Origin: Nitrospirota bacterium
GTDB lineage: Bacteria > Nitrospirota > UBA9217
Length of the DNA: 64,000 nt
NCBI GenBank assembly: GCA_963790205.1
Contig: CAWBNQ010000002.1
Location: 128,001-192,000 of the forward strand
Direction of reading: 5' to 3'
The notes beneath the pieces are model-generated. The model had not been told where the DNA came from. It did not search any database and saw only the letters and a list, made by a program, of their open reading frames with translations. The translations under genes and the position numbers were made by a program. Positions 8,835-19,406 of the stretch are shown here, in pieces; within the stretch, counting starts at the first letter, position 1; each line of letters starts with the position of its first letter.

Positions 8835-10796
8835 ATGAACCGTCTCTCTAACGAACAATCCGCTTACCTCAGACATGCCGCAAGCCAGAAGATAGACTGG
8901 CGCCCGTGGTCCGAGGAGGCCTTTGAGCTGGCGCGGCGCGAGGACAAGCCGGTCTTCCTGAGCACCGGCGCGGCGTGGTGCCACTGGTGCCACGTGATGG
9001 CCAGGGAGTCCTTCGAAGACGCCGATACCGCGCAGCTCATGAACGAGCTCTTCGTTAATATCAAGCTCGACCGCGACGAGCGGCCGGACATCGACCGGCG
9101 CTACCAGCAGGCCGTTGCTGCCATGGGCGGGGGGAGCGGATGGCCGCTCTCTGTTTTTTTGACATCCGACGGGGAACCCTTCTACGGCGGCACCTATTTT
9201 CCGCCCGACGACCGGCAGGGCAGGCCCGCGTTCAAGAGCGTGCTTAAGTCGGTCAGCGCGTTTTACAAAACAAGGAAAGGCGATGCGCGGACGTATGCGG
9301 GTCGCGTCAGGGAGGCGCTGAAGCCGGAGCCGCTTTCCGCCGGGGTCCTCAGTGACGTGCTGGTGCGTGAAGGGGAAAAAAAGATGCTGGCCGTTTTTGA
9401 TTCGCAAAACGGCGGGTTCGGCAGCTCCCCCAAATTCTCCATGCCCGGCGCGCTGGAGTTTCTCATCTCCCGGTCCGCGGCGAGCGGGGACCCGTCAATC
9501 GGCCGGGCGGCACGCATGACGCTGGAGGCCATGGCGCGGGGAGGGCTTCACGACCAGCTCGGGGGCGGGTTCCACCGGTATTCAACGGATGAGGCGTGGA
9601 TCGTCCCTCATTTTGAGAAAATGGCCGACGACAACGCCGGGCTTCTCAAGAACTACGTTGACGGATACGCGGTCTTCGGGGACGAGCAATTTCGGGATGT
9701 TGCGCTGGGCATTCTTACGTTCACGAGAAAGGTGCTGTCCGATCCCCGCGGAGGCTTCTACGCGAGCCAGGACGCGGACGTGACGCCCGATGACGAAGGC
9801 GGCTACTTCACGTGGACGGATGATGATTTCAGAAAGACCCTCGCTGCCGGGGAGTACGAGGCGCTTTCCCGGCTCCTGCTTCATGAGCGGGCGGCCATGC
9901 ATCATGATCCGCAAAAAAAGGTTCTGTTTCAGGCGCTGTCTCCGGACGAAGTCGCCGTCTCGCTCGGCAAGCCGGCCGATGAGGTCCGGCGCATCATAAG
10001 CAGGGGGAAGGAGAAGCTCCTTTCTGAGCGCGAAAGGCGAGAAGCCCCGTTCATCGATACAACGCTCTATACCTCCCTGAACGGCATGCTCATTTCATCC
10101 TATCTTCACGCTTCCGCCGTGCTCGGCGACGAACAAGCAAAAACCTTCGCCTTGCAAAGCCTCGAACGGGTCCTGCGCCTGCGTCTGGTGAACGGGGAAC
10201 TTTTCCATGCAGATAAGGTCCCGGCGTTGCACGATGATTATGTCAATCTTGTCGATGCCTTGACCAATGCGTACGAAGTTACGGCTGAACCGCGGTATCT
10301 TCGGCAGGCCGACGAACTCATGGCATGCTGCCTGACAAAGTTTTACGATAACCACGTTGGCGGTTTTTTCGACACCGAAAAAGAGGTCCTGGGTATGCGA
10401 ATGAAAAGCATCGAAGACATACCCCACCCTTCGGCCAACGCGATTGCGGTCATGCTGCTCTTGAAGCTCCACCACCTGACCGGTAAGGACGAGTATCGCA
10501 ACGCGGCGGAGCAAACGCTCGGTATATTCGCCGATTTGGCGCTCGAACTAGGCGTTCATGGAGGCGCATATTTCTGCGCGCTCGACGCCTGGTCTCGCAT
10601 GCTGCGGCTTACCGTGGAGGCAAGGCCCGGGAGCCTGCTTGCGCGCGCAGCGCTCGCCCTTGCGCGCGGCCCAGCCGTGATCGTATACGGGGAGGACCAC
10701 GGCAGAATCGTTCCCTGCCTGAACACCGTATGCTATGAACCTGTTGACGATGCAGAAGGACTGAGAAACTTTTTCAAAAACCTGCCGAATCCATAA
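8835..10796 (+). CDS. Thioredoxin-domain protein, YyaL/DUF255 (SSP411) family
   Basis: MNRL..SAYL..HA, WCHWCHVM..ESF, DRDERPDID, GGFHRYS, PHFEKM. Confidence 0.9.
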   Translation: MNRLSNEQSAYLRHAASQKIDWRPWSEEAFELARREDKPVFLSTGAAWCHWCHVMARESFEDADTAQLMNELFVNIKLDRDERPDIDRRYQQAVAAMGGGSGWPLSVFLTSDGEPFYGGTYFPPDDRQGRPAFKSVLKSVSAFYKTRKGDARTYAGRVREALKPEPLSAGVLSDVLVREGEKKMLAVFDSQNGGFGSSPKFSMPGALEFLISRSAASGDPSIGRAARMTLEAMARGGLHDQLGGGFHRYSTDEAWIVPHFEKMADDNAGLLKNYVDGYAVFGDEQFRDVALGILTFTRKVLSDPRGGFYASQDADVTPDDEGGYFTWTDDDFRKTLAAGEYEALSRLLLHERAAMHHDPQKKVLFQALSPDEVAVSLGKPADEVRRIISRGKEKLLSERERREAPFIDTTLYTSLNGMLISSYLHASAVLGDEQAKTFALQSLERVLRLRLVNGELFHADKVPALHDDYVNLVDALTNAYEVTAEPRYLRQADELMACCLTKFYDNHVGGFFDTEKEVLGMRMKSIEDIPHPSANAIAVMLLLKLHHLTGKDEYRNAAEQTLGIFADLALELGVHGGAYFCALDAWSRMLRLTVEARPGSLLARAALALARGPAVIVYGEDHGRIVPCLNTVCYEPVDDAEGLRNFFKNLPNP

Positions 10797-11063
10797 CTCT
10801 TTAACTCTTGTCCCTTTTCATTCCTTGCGTCAATGATCGTATTAGGCCTTGTGTTTTTAATTTCTTATAATACTTTTTTAGTAGTAAAATGTATTTCAAT
10901 GTATAATGTTGATATAAAATGCATGATGCTGATATAATACCCAGCATATTTGCCGATCGGGGCAGAGAGAATGAAAGATCCTCTATCAGCGGAGGCCTCA
11001 CCGACCGATGTAGTACAAGGCAAAACCGTTCAGGTAACGGATAAAGGCGAGCAAATATAAATA

Positions 11064-14000
11064 ATGACTATCTCTCTATTCATAATCAGTCTCTCTATTA
11101 CACTGCAGCTGCTTTCGGTATTCGTGGCCTTGCGTTTGATGGCATTCCGCGGGAAACGGGCAGTCGGAGCATTGATGCTCCTGGCGGCCTCACTCATGTC
11201 CTTTCGGCGGTTTATCTCCTTGCAGGGGATGATCGCCGGGGGCGAAATAAAAACTGATCTTTTCGCCGAGATCGAAGGATGCATAGTATCGTTCATACTG
11301 CTGGCCGGGTTTCTCTATTTGAGCAGGCTTATTGCGTCTCATCAACGGGAAATGAACGAACGTAAACGCGCAGCCGAGACCATTGAACTGCTGAACCACC
11401 ACAACGAGATGGTTCTGAAATCGGCCGGCGAGGGCATTTGCGGCATCGATCTTGACGGCGCCATAACCTTCGCCAATCCCGCCGCGACAAGGTTGACGGG
11501 ATGGAGCGTCGACGAACTCATCGGAAAATCGCAGCACGAGTTTCTGCATCACTCGAGGCCGGACGGTACCCCGCATCCCCGGGAAGAATGCAAGATCTAT
11601 GCGCCATTGAGGGACGGCATCGTTCGCCGGATCGCGGATGAAGTGTTCAGGAGGAAGGACGGCACGAACTTCCCGGTCGAATACGTGAGCACCCCTATAC
11701 AGGAGGGCGGCAGGATCGTCGGGGCGGTTGTTGTGTTCAATGACATCTCCGAACGGATATTCATCGAGGATGCGCTGAGGGCGATGACGAGACGGGAGAG
11801 GGAGGAAAAGGCCAAGACAGAGGCGATCATTGCGGCCATCGGAGACGGCATAAGCATCCATGATACCAATTATAAAATTTTATATCAGAACAAGGTTGCG
11901 CAGGGTTTTTACGGGATGCGTGTCGGAGAACACTGTTACAAGGCATACCAGAACAGGGAGCAGGTCTGCGAACGATGCCATCTTACCATGGCCTTCGCGG
12001 ACGGCATGATCCACAAACGTGAGCAGAAAAGGACCACGGACAGGGGAGTGTTCTATTATGAAATCACCGCCTCCCCCGTAAGGGACGCTTCGGGAAATAT
12101 CGTGGCCGGTATCGAGCTCATCAGAGAGATCACCGAGCGGAAGGCCGCTGAAGAGGTCCTGCGATCGAACGAAGAGCGACTGTCAAGGGCCCAGCAGATA
12201 GCGCATGTAGGCGACTGGCAATGGGATATTGCAACCAACAGGGTCACGTGGTCCGATGAGTTGTACCGTATTTATGGGTACAAACCCCATGAAATCGCGC
12301 CTCATCACGAGCTTGTCGTCAACGCTCTACACCCGAAAAGCAAAGACGAGTTTGATGACAACGTCAATGCCGCCCTCAAGGGGGAACGGTCCTTCGAGAT
12401 GGATTATGTCTTTTTCCGGCAGGACGGCTCGGTGGCGGTCCTCCATACAATAGGACAGGTCATGCGCAATAATGAGGGGACCCCTGTTCGGATGGTGGGA
12501 GTCGTCCAGGATATTACGGAGCGCAAGCAAGCGGAGGAGTCGTTACTGCTCTTCAGGAATTTGCTCAACCACACGGAAGACGCGATATTCGTCAATGATC
12601 CAGCAACGGGCCGTTTCCTCATGGTCAATAACCGGACATGCAGCAATCTGGGATACGGCAGCGATACGCTGCTCCTGATGAAGACCCTGGATATCGAAGC
12701 AACTTTCCCGGACCAGGCCTCATGGGATGCTCATGTCAATGAAGTGAGAAGCAAGGGGAATATGATTCTGGAAGGCGTGCATAAACGGCATGACGGCACG
12801 GCATATCCCGTGGAAGTAAACGTCACGTACATGACGGTAGGAGAAAAGGATTACATGGTGGCTGTGGCCCGCGATATCACTGAACGCAAGTTGTCGGAGC
12901 AGGCCCTTCGCCTCAGTGAAGAACGCCTGTCCAGGGCGCAGAAGATGGCCCATGTGGGGAATTGGGTAAAGAACTTAGTCACTGATGAACTGTACTGGTC
13001 TGAGGAAGTGTATCGTATCTATGGCGTAGACCCCGTGCAATTTACCCCCACCTCTGAGGCGTTCAAAAAAGCCATGCATCCCGATGATCTGGAACCATTC
13101 ATCAAAGCCTTGAATGCGGCTCTCTATGAACGAAAACATCTTGATAGAGATTACCGGATAATCCGTCCTGACGGAACAATAAGAACCATTCATACCATCG
13201 GCGAGGTGACCTATGACCCGGCCGGCAAGCCGCTCAGTCATTCGGGCACGGTCCAGGATGTCACCGAGCGCAGACAGGTCGCAGAAGCGCTCCGGAGAAG
13301 CGAAGCCATGCTGCAGGCGATTATCGATACCGAGCCGGAGTGCGTCAAGCTTCTCGATGCCGAAGCGCGGCTGATCATGATGAACCGGGCGGGCCTGGAA
13401 ATGATCGAGGTTGACTCGCTTGAGCAGGTTAAGGGTCAGTGCATAAGTCCGATGGTTACCTCCGAATATCGGGAACCCTTTATGGAACTCACGAGGAACG
13501 TTTTTCAGGGACAGTCCGGGAAACTGCTCTTCGAGATGGTCGGCGCGAAGGGAACCCGCCGCTGGCTTGAAACCCATGCCGTTCCCTTCCGCAACGAAAA
13601 GGATGAGATCGTCGCCCTGCTGGGCATTACCCGCGATGTGACCGACCGCAAGCGCTCGGAGGAGGCGCTCAAAAAGACAAATACACAACTCCAAGCGTTG
13701 ATTCATACTATTCCGGACATGGTCGTATTTAAGGACGTCGCGGGGCGGCATGTGATCGTGAATAGGGCGGTCGAGGAAATCACTGGCCACAGCAAGGACG
13801 AGATCACGGGAAAGACCATTGAGGACATTCTGCCTCCCGCTCTGGCCGCAGCCTGCAGAAAGAGCGACGAGGAGGCGATGCAGCGGAGCGTGCCGACACA
13901 CGCCCAGGAGCGGGTAGTCCGGGAGGACGGCAGGGAGACCTATTTCGACATGGTCAAGGCCCCCATGGTAGATCCGGAGGGCAACGTCATCGGAATGGTG

Positions 14001-16283
14001 GCCATTGGCCGCGACATCACCGAGCGCAGGGCGGCCGAAGAGGCGATCAGGGAAAGTGAACAGCGGTACCGCTCTCTCATCGATCTGGCGACGGACGGTA
14101 TCCTTCTGTTGTCGCCCCAGCAGGATGGCGTCCCAATCATCGTCGATGTGAACACTGCTGCATGCATGATGAACGGATATGCAAGGGCGGAATTGATCGG
14201 GAAGCCCATTACGTTCCTGGAGAGGTCCGAAAAGGAAGGGGATATCTCCGCCATTGTTGAACGGATAAAGGAAGATAACACGACATTTGAAAGAAACCAC
14301 GTACGCAAAGACGGATCGGTTTTCCCGGTCGAGGTCTCTTCCCGGCTGGTTCACATCGGAGGGAAACCCTTCATTCTTGCTATCGACCGCAACATCACCG
14401 AGCGCAAGAAGGTGGAAGAGGCGCTTAATGCGGCGGTGCTGAAGGCGAATGCAGAAAAGGTCAAAACGGAAGCGGTCATTTCCGCCATAGGCGACTTTAT
14501 GATTATTCTTGACCCCGAATTCAAGATCATCTATCAAAACAAGGTCGCCGTTGACAGTATCGGGGACCACGTCGGTGAAACCTGCTATAAAGCGTTCGAA
14601 AACAAGGGCGTTGCCTGTGAAGGCTGCCCTGTCGAGACGTCGTTTCGGGATGGGCTGGTTCATCGGGGTGAAAGAACCGCTGCGTCGGTCATCGGCACCA
14701 TGCACCTGGATATTACGGCGTCTCCCCTGAAGGACGTTTCCGGGAAGGTCACCGCGGTCATCGAGATGGTCAAGGACGTCACTGAACGGCGGCGGGCGGA
14801 AGCGCTGGTCCGGGAGTCCCAGGAGAAATACAAGAATCTCGTCGAATTGTCGGCGGACATTATCTATCTCTCGGACAAAGACGGGAACCAGGTGTTCATG
14901 AACGACCAGGCGTTCAAGACATTGGAGTATTCTCCCGAGGACGTGATCGGCAGGCCGTGGTCGTTCCTGATCCATCCCGACGACAAGGGGACGTCCGCCG
15001 CGGTATTTACGGCGATGATCGAGCAGGAGGTCGATATCTTCAACTTCGAGAACCGATACGTGACGAAGAGCGGCAGCGTGATCAACGTGCTGCACAACGT
15101 GAGGATCCTCCGCAATGAGAAAGGGGAAATCGTCGGTACCCAGGGGATCGCGAGAGACATCACCCAACGCAAGCAGGTAGAGGACAGGCTGAAGCTGTTT
15201 TCGCGTGCCATGGAAGAGGCCACGGACGGTGTCCAGATCGTCGAGCTGGAGGGCCGCATCGTGTATTCGAACAAGGCCCTGGAAGAGATGTACGGTTATT
15301 CCTCCGGCGAACTCACGGGGAAGCACGTTAATGAAATGAGTGTAGAGCAGGAATTTTCCAGCAGGGTGATCATCCCGGAAATGATGCAAACGGGAAGCTG
15401 GAATGGAGAGATCATGAACGTTCGGAAGGACGGGAGCCGGTTCCCTATCTGGCTGTCCACGGCCCTGGTGAAGAACGATAAGGGAGAGCCGATCGCCATG
15501 ATCGGGATCATACGTGATATCACCGAGCGCAGGCGGGCCGAGACGGCATTGCGCAAATCGCACGTTGAACTGGAGGTCCTGGTGCATGAGCGGACGGCGG
15601 AATTGCGGATGATCAACGAGCAGCTGAGCAAGTTCTCTTCGTATCTGCAGGAGGCCAGGGAAAAAGAGAGGACGGCCATTGCGCGCGAGATCCATGACGA
15701 GCTGGGGCAGGCACTGACGGCCTTGAAAATGGACCTGTCCTGGCTGAAGAAGAGGCTGCCGAAAAACCAGAAACCGCTCCTCGAGAAAGAGGCGTCCATG
15801 TCCGAGCTTGTCGAAGCGACCATCCAGACCGTGAAAAAGATTTCCACGGAATTGAGGCCGGGGATCCTGGACCACCTGGGCCTTACGGCGGCCATTGAAT
15901 GGCAGGCGGAAGAGTTCCAGAAGAGGACCGGGATCCCCTGCGGCGTTTCCATCGTGCCCGAAGAGATCGTTCCGGACAAGGACCGCTCCACGACGATATT
16001 CCGCATCTTTCAGGAAACGCTGACCAACATCACCCGCCACGCGAAGGCGACAAAGGTCTCGATCAGGCTGGAAAAAGAGGACAACAGTCTTATTCTTGAG
16101 GTCAGGGACAATGGGAAGGGCATTACTGAAAAACAGCTCTCCGATTCGAAGTCCCTGGGGCTTATGGGAATACGGGAGCGGGCGGCCTACTGGGGCGGCC
16201 ACGTGAACATGAAGGGTGTCCGCAACAGCGGTACCACGGTAATCGTACAGATACCCCTCGATCGAACAGGAGGCGTTGCATGA
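11064..16283 (+). CDS. Membrane-anchored multi-PAS sensor histidine kinase (HisKA_3, NarX/UhpB type)
   Basis: N-terminal TM helices, 11 PAS/PAC units ending D(I/V)TER(K/R)-like, AREIHDELGQ H-box, QETLTNITRHA, DNGKG, GLMGIRER. Confidence 0.93.
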   Translation: MTISLFIISLSITLQLLSVFVALRLMAFRGKRAVGALMLLAASLMSFRRFISLQGMIAGGEIKTDLFAEIEGCIVSFILLAGFLYLSRLIASHQREMNERKRAAETIELLNHHNEMVLKSAGEGICGIDLDGAITFANPAATRLTGWSVDELIGKSQHEFLHHSRPDGTPHPREECKIYAPLRDGIVRRIADEVFRRKDGTNFPVEYVSTPIQEGGRIVGAVVVFNDISERIFIEDALRAMTRREREEKAKTEAIIAAIGDGISIHDTNYKILYQNKVAQGFYGMRVGEHCYKAYQNREQVCERCHLTMAFADGMIHKREQKRTTDRGVFYYEITASPVRDASGNIVAGIELIREITERKAAEEVLRSNEERLSRAQQIAHVGDWQWDIATNRVTWSDELYRIYGYKPHEIAPHHELVVNALHPKSKDEFDDNVNAALKGERSFEMDYVFFRQDGSVAVLHTIGQVMRNNEGTPVRMVGVVQDITERKQAEESLLLFRNLLNHTEDAIFVNDPATGRFLMVNNRTCSNLGYGSDTLLLMKTLDIEATFPDQASWDAHVNEVRSKGNMILEGVHKRHDGTAYPVEVNVTYMTVGEKDYMVAVARDITERKLSEQALRLSEERLSRAQKMAHVGNWVKNLVTDELYWSEEVYRIYGVDPVQFTPTSEAFKKAMHPDDLEPFIKALNAALYERKHLDRDYRIIRPDGTIRTIHTIGEVTYDPAGKPLSHSGTVQDVTERRQVAEALRRSEAMLQAIIDTEPECVKLLDAEARLIMMNRAGLEMIEVDSLEQVKGQCISPMVTSEYREPFMELTRNVFQGQSGKLLFEMVGAKGTRRWLETHAVPFRNEKDEIVALLGITRDVTDRKRSEEALKKTNTQLQALIHTIPDMVVFKDVAGRHVIVNRAVEEITGHSKDEITGKTIEDILPPALAAACRKSDEEAMQRSVPTHAQERVVREDGRETYFDMVKAPMVDPEGNVIGMVAIGRDITERRAAEEAIRESEQRYRSLIDLATDGILLLSPQQDGVPIIVDVNTAACMMNGYARAELIGKPITFLERSEKEGDISAIVERIKEDNTTFERNHVRKDGSVFPVEVSSRLVHIGGKPFILAIDRNITERKKVEEALNAAVLKANAEKVKTEAVISAIGDFMIILDPEFKIIYQNKVAVDSIGDHVGETCYKAFENKGVACEGCPVETSFRDGLVHRGERTAASVIGTMHLDITASPLKDVSGKVTAVIEMVKDVTERRRAEALVRESQEKYKNLVELSADIIYLSDKDGNQVFMNDQAFKTLEYSPEDVIGRPWSFLIHPDDKGTSAAVFTAMIEQEVDIFNFENRYVTKSGSVINVLHNVRILRNEKGEIVGTQGIARDITQRKQVEDRLKLFSRAMEEATDGVQIVELEGRIVYSNKALEEMYGYSSGELTGKHVNEMSVEQEFSSRVIIPEMMQTGSWNGEIMNVRKDGSRFPIWLSTALVKNDKGEPIAMIGIIRDITERRRAETALRKSHVELEVLVHERTAELRMINEQLSKFSSYLQEAREKERTAIAREIHDELGQALTALKMDLSWLKKRLPKNQKPLLEKEASMSELVEATIQTVKKISTELRPGILDHLGLTAAIEWQAEEFQKRTGIPCGVSIVPEEIVPDKDRSTTIFRIFQETLTNITRHAKATKVSIRLEKEDNSLILEVRDNGKGITEKQLSDSKSLGLMGIRERAAYWGGHVNMKGVRNSGTTVIVQIPLDRTGGVA

Positions 16284-16915
16284 AGATACGGCTGCTGATC
16301 GGGGATGACCATGCCGTGGTCAGGAAAGGCATGAAGCAGATCCTCGCCGAAACGAAAGACATCGTTGTTGCCGACGAGGCCGGCAACGGGCGGGAAGTGC
16401 TGGAGAAAGTGCAGAAGAACGACTTCGATATGGTCCTTCTCGACATTTCCATGCCCGGAAGGGACGGTCTCGAGGTCCTGAAGGAATTGAAAAGCCTGAG
16501 GCCCAAGCTGCCCGTTCTCATGTTGAGCATGTATCCTGAGGAGCAATATGCCGTGCGCTCGCTCCGGTCCGGGGCTTCAGGGTATCTGACGAAGGACAGC
16601 GCCCCCGATGAACTGATATCCGCCATCCGAAAAGTGTCCTCGGGCGGGAAATATGTAAGCGCGTCTTTGGCCGAGAAACTGGCCCATAAGCTGGGGACCG
16701 ACGTGGAGAAGCCCCTCCATGAGGCGCTTTCGGACCGCGAGTACCAGGTCATGTGCATGATCGCCTCAGGGAAAACGGTCAAAGAGATGGGGGAGGAACT
16801 GTCACTCAGTGTAAAAACGGTCAGCACGTACCGCAGCCGCATTCTCAATAAAATGCGCTTGAAGGGCAATGCGGAGTTGACCCGGTACGCAATTGATAAT
16901 AAACTTGTGTCCTGA
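16280..16915 (+). CDS. NarL/UvrY (LuxR-HTH) response regulator
   Basis: DDH, LLDISMPG, LSDREYQV...LSVKTVSTYRSRI; ATGA overlap with the kinase. Confidence 0.93.
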   Translation: MKIRLLIGDDHAVVRKGMKQILAETKDIVVADEAGNGREVLEKVQKNDFDMVLLDISMPGRDGLEVLKELKSLRPKLPVLMLSMYPEEQYAVRSLRSGASGYLTKDSAPDELISAIRKVSSGGKYVSASLAEKLAHKLGTDVEKPLHEALSDREYQVMCMIASGKTVKEMGEELSLSVKTVSTYRSRILNKMRLKGNAELTRYAIDNKLVS

Positions 16916-17187
16916 CAGTGTCCAACCGTTTCGAAACGGCCGCAGAAAGTAAACTTACCCGGTCTCAGTTTGCCGCAATAACTCCCGCTCATCCTCAGTT
17001 GTGAATCCGGAAAATCCTCTGCGCGATTTCCACCTCCCCGTGTAGGACGAACACGTACAGCAAAATCGGCGTATTCCTACGAAAGATTAAGATGGCGGCC
17101 GATACCCATTTTCCCACTTGAAGAGTAAGATTTATCATACTAAAGACGGGCGACGTCATTGATCTTTCACGGCCGGAGGAACTCATC

Positions 17188-17391
17188 ATGAAATGTCCTT
17201 CTATAACAGGAAAGTACAGATTAACCTGCACCGCGCATGAGAATGCGGACGTCTATGTTCCAAGTCTTTTCGAACTTGAAGAATACTGCACAAATACCCG
17301 CCACAGCAGGTGTCCGTTACGTGATCAAAAGTATGAGGGGCGGCGTCCAGGCGACGATAGGGCGCGAAACCAGAGTGTCCGCCGATGGTGA
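17188..17391 (+). CDS. Small four-cysteine hypothetical protein
   Basis: GGAGGA RBS; MKCP...TC...YVPSLFELEEYC...RCP. Confidence 0.6.
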   Translation: MKCPSITGKYRLTCTAHENADVYVPSLFELEEYCTNTRHSRCPLRDQKYEGRRPGDDRARNQSVRRW

Positions 17392-17447
17392 GGTCAGACC
17401 ATGCGGGGCGACCAGGTGAAGGTCCTGATTGAAAAGGATGAGAAATA

Positions 17448-17855
17448 ATGTCCCCAGGCGGTAAAAAATGGATCCTCGTTATGGATGAGGATGTGGCCAT
17501 GAGGACCGAGATACGCCGGATGCTCGAGAAGTCCGGTTACAGCGTCTATTCGGCCGGAAGCATTGAGGACGCAGTCGAGTGTTATAAAGTGGCCCGGGTT
17601 TGCGGATATCCTTTTGCAGCCGTGATCATGGACTCGTGCGTTATCAACGCTGCGGGAGGTGGTGATGCGGTCAAGAGGCTCCGCGCTATCGACCCGGACG
17701 CAAGTGTGATCGTAGCCGGCGGGGACGGAGAACATCCGGCGACAGAGCATTTCAAAGAAGGCGGGTTCCAGGGCGTGCTGAGCAAGCCGTTCACACACGA
17801 AGAACTTGAGCGGACGCTGCACAGGGCGCTTTACAACAGCACGGAGGGCGCATGA
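17448..17855 (+). CDS. Single-domain response regulator receiver (atypical)
   Basis: ILVMDED, AVIMD, SKPF; conserved Ser/Thr position not evident. Confidence 0.75.
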   Translation: MSPGGKKWILVMDEDVAMRTEIRRMLEKSGYSVYSAGSIEDAVECYKVARVCGYPFAAVIMDSCVINAAGGGDAVKRLRAIDPDASVIVAGGDGEHPATEHFKEGGFQGVLSKPFTHEELERTLHRALYNSTEGA

Positions 17856-18232
17856 AGAACATCCTCCTTATCGACGATAGCAAGCCCATCCTGGATTCGC
17901 TTTCCGCATACTTGAGCCATTTTTTTCGGAATTGCACGGTTCGGACCGCAGAGAACGGCAGGATGGCGGTGGAAATCATGCGCTCCGTGCCTATAGACGT
18001 TATCCTGACCGACCTCGAAATGCCGTTCATGAACGGGTTCGAACTGGTGGCATATGCGAAGACGCATTACCCGGCGATACCCGTGCTCGTTATGACCGGC
18101 CGTCACAGCCCTGAAACGGAGAAAAGGGCCATGTCGATAGGCGCGTCCCGGTACATTGTAAAACCCTTTGATGTGGATGCAATCAAGAATTTGATCGCGA
18201 CCCAACTCGAACCAGGCTCTCTTGACTCATAA
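17852..18232 (+). CDS. Single-domain response regulator receiver
   Basis: ILLIDD, TDLEMPFMNGFEL, MTG, VKPF. Confidence 0.9.
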   Translation: MKNILLIDDSKPILDSLSAYLSHFFRNCTVRTAENGRMAVEIMRSVPIDVILTDLEMPFMNGFELVAYAKTHYPAIPVLVMTGRHSPETEKRAMSIGASRYIVKPFDVDAIKNLIATQLEPGSLDS

Positions 18233-18294
18233 AAGAAATGACGCCGGACCCTTATCCGGCGCTCTGTCAGGTTTCGCCACGAAGGGGGTAGATT

Positions 18295-19251
18295 ATGAAT
18301 AGTTCGATGACAATTGACAGAGAGTGCGAAATAGAAGAGCTTCCGGACAGTAATGGTGACGTAAAGAATCGGGATGGCCGGGAGGAGGCGCGCGATGCCG
18401 AGGGAGGGCGGCCGGCCCAAACCGGGCTCGATGCAATCAAGTATTATCTCAAGGAAATACGGAAAATACCCCTTCTTACCTTCGAGCAGGAGCAGGACCT
18501 GGGAAAGAGGACGGCCCAGGGCGACCAGGAAGCCCGGGCCCGGATGATAGAATCCAACCTCCGTCTTGTTGTCGCCATCGGCAAAAAGTACATCAACAGG
18601 GGACTGCAGTTTTCGGACATCATCGAAGAAGGCAACCTCGGCCTGATCAGGGCCGTGGAAAAATTCCAGTATGAACGGGGATTTAAATTCAGCACGTATG
18701 CTTCCTGGTGGATCAGGCAGGCCATCGAGCGGGCGATCGTCAACCAGTCAAGGACCATCCGCCTCCCGGTCCATATTGCCGAGATCGTCCACGCCTATAT
18801 GCGCGCCGTACGGCAGCTGACGCAGGAACTCGGGCGTGAACCCCATATCGAAGAGATCGCTGAAAAAATAGGATCGCCCATCGAAAAGGTGAGGGGCATT
18901 TCTCAGGTCGTACGAGAGACCTATTCCCTGGACATGCTCGTCGGGGACCAGGAGGAAGACACTCTCAAAGAAGTGCTTCAGGACACGAAAGCCGTCTCGC
19001 CGGCCAGTTTTTCCGATGACATCAGCAGGAAGAAACAGATCAATACATGGCTGGCGCAGCTTTCGGTGAGCGAGCACAAGGTCATCGAGATGCGGTTCGG
19101 CCTGACAGGCGGCGATGCCCAGACCCTGGACAGTATCGGGAAGGAATTCGGGATCACCAGGGAACGGGTAAGACAGATCGAGGTCCAAGCGCTTAGGAAA
19201 TTGAGGGCTATCACGAAACTCAAGAAAATCAGCCTCGAAGTCATGCTGTGA
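18295..19251 (+). CDS. RNA polymerase sigma-70 factor, RpoS/RpoD-like lacking region 1.1 (copy A)
   Basis: [45 protein letters not shown]. Confidence 0.92.
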   Translation: MNSSMTIDRECEIEELPDSNGDVKNRDGREEARDAEGGRPAQTGLDAIKYYLKEIRKIPLLTFEQEQDLGKRTAQGDQEARARMIESNLRLVVAIGKKYINRGLQFSDIIEEGNLGLIRAVEKFQYERGFKFSTYASWWIRQAIERAIVNQSRTIRLPVHIAEIVHAYMRAVRQLTQELGREPHIEEIAEKIGSPIEKVRGISQVVRETYSLDMLVGDQEEDTLKEVLQDTKAVSPASFSDDISRKKQINTWLAQLSVSEHKVIEMRFGLTGGDAQTLDSIGKEFGITRERVRQIEVQALRKLRAITKLKKISLEVML

Positions 19252-19406
19252 GGCCTGAGCGGGTCTTCCCTCGCGAGCGGACAGACGGACAGCGCGTCCA
19301 CGACAGATCAAGACCGGGTTTTTGGTCTTGATTTTTTTTTGTTTAGTGATATAGTTTTCCCTGCGCTCCGCCCCCCCTTGACATCTCTATCTTTTAGAGG
19401 GAACCA

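Noticed and set aside
11015..11055. GGCAAAACC...CGG resembling a c-di-GMP-I (GEMM) riboswitch
   Set aside because: Lacks the GACGCAAAGC junction and the second stem; at best a degenerate resemblance
11967..11981. CERCH as a c-type heme CxxCH motif
   Set aside because: Lies in a cytoplasmic PAS domain, and the paralogous unit has CEGCP, so the His is not conserved
12975..16202. 1075-aa minus-strand ORF
   Set aside because: Antisense shadow of the PAS kinase; expected in GC-rich coding DNA and has no recognisable motifs
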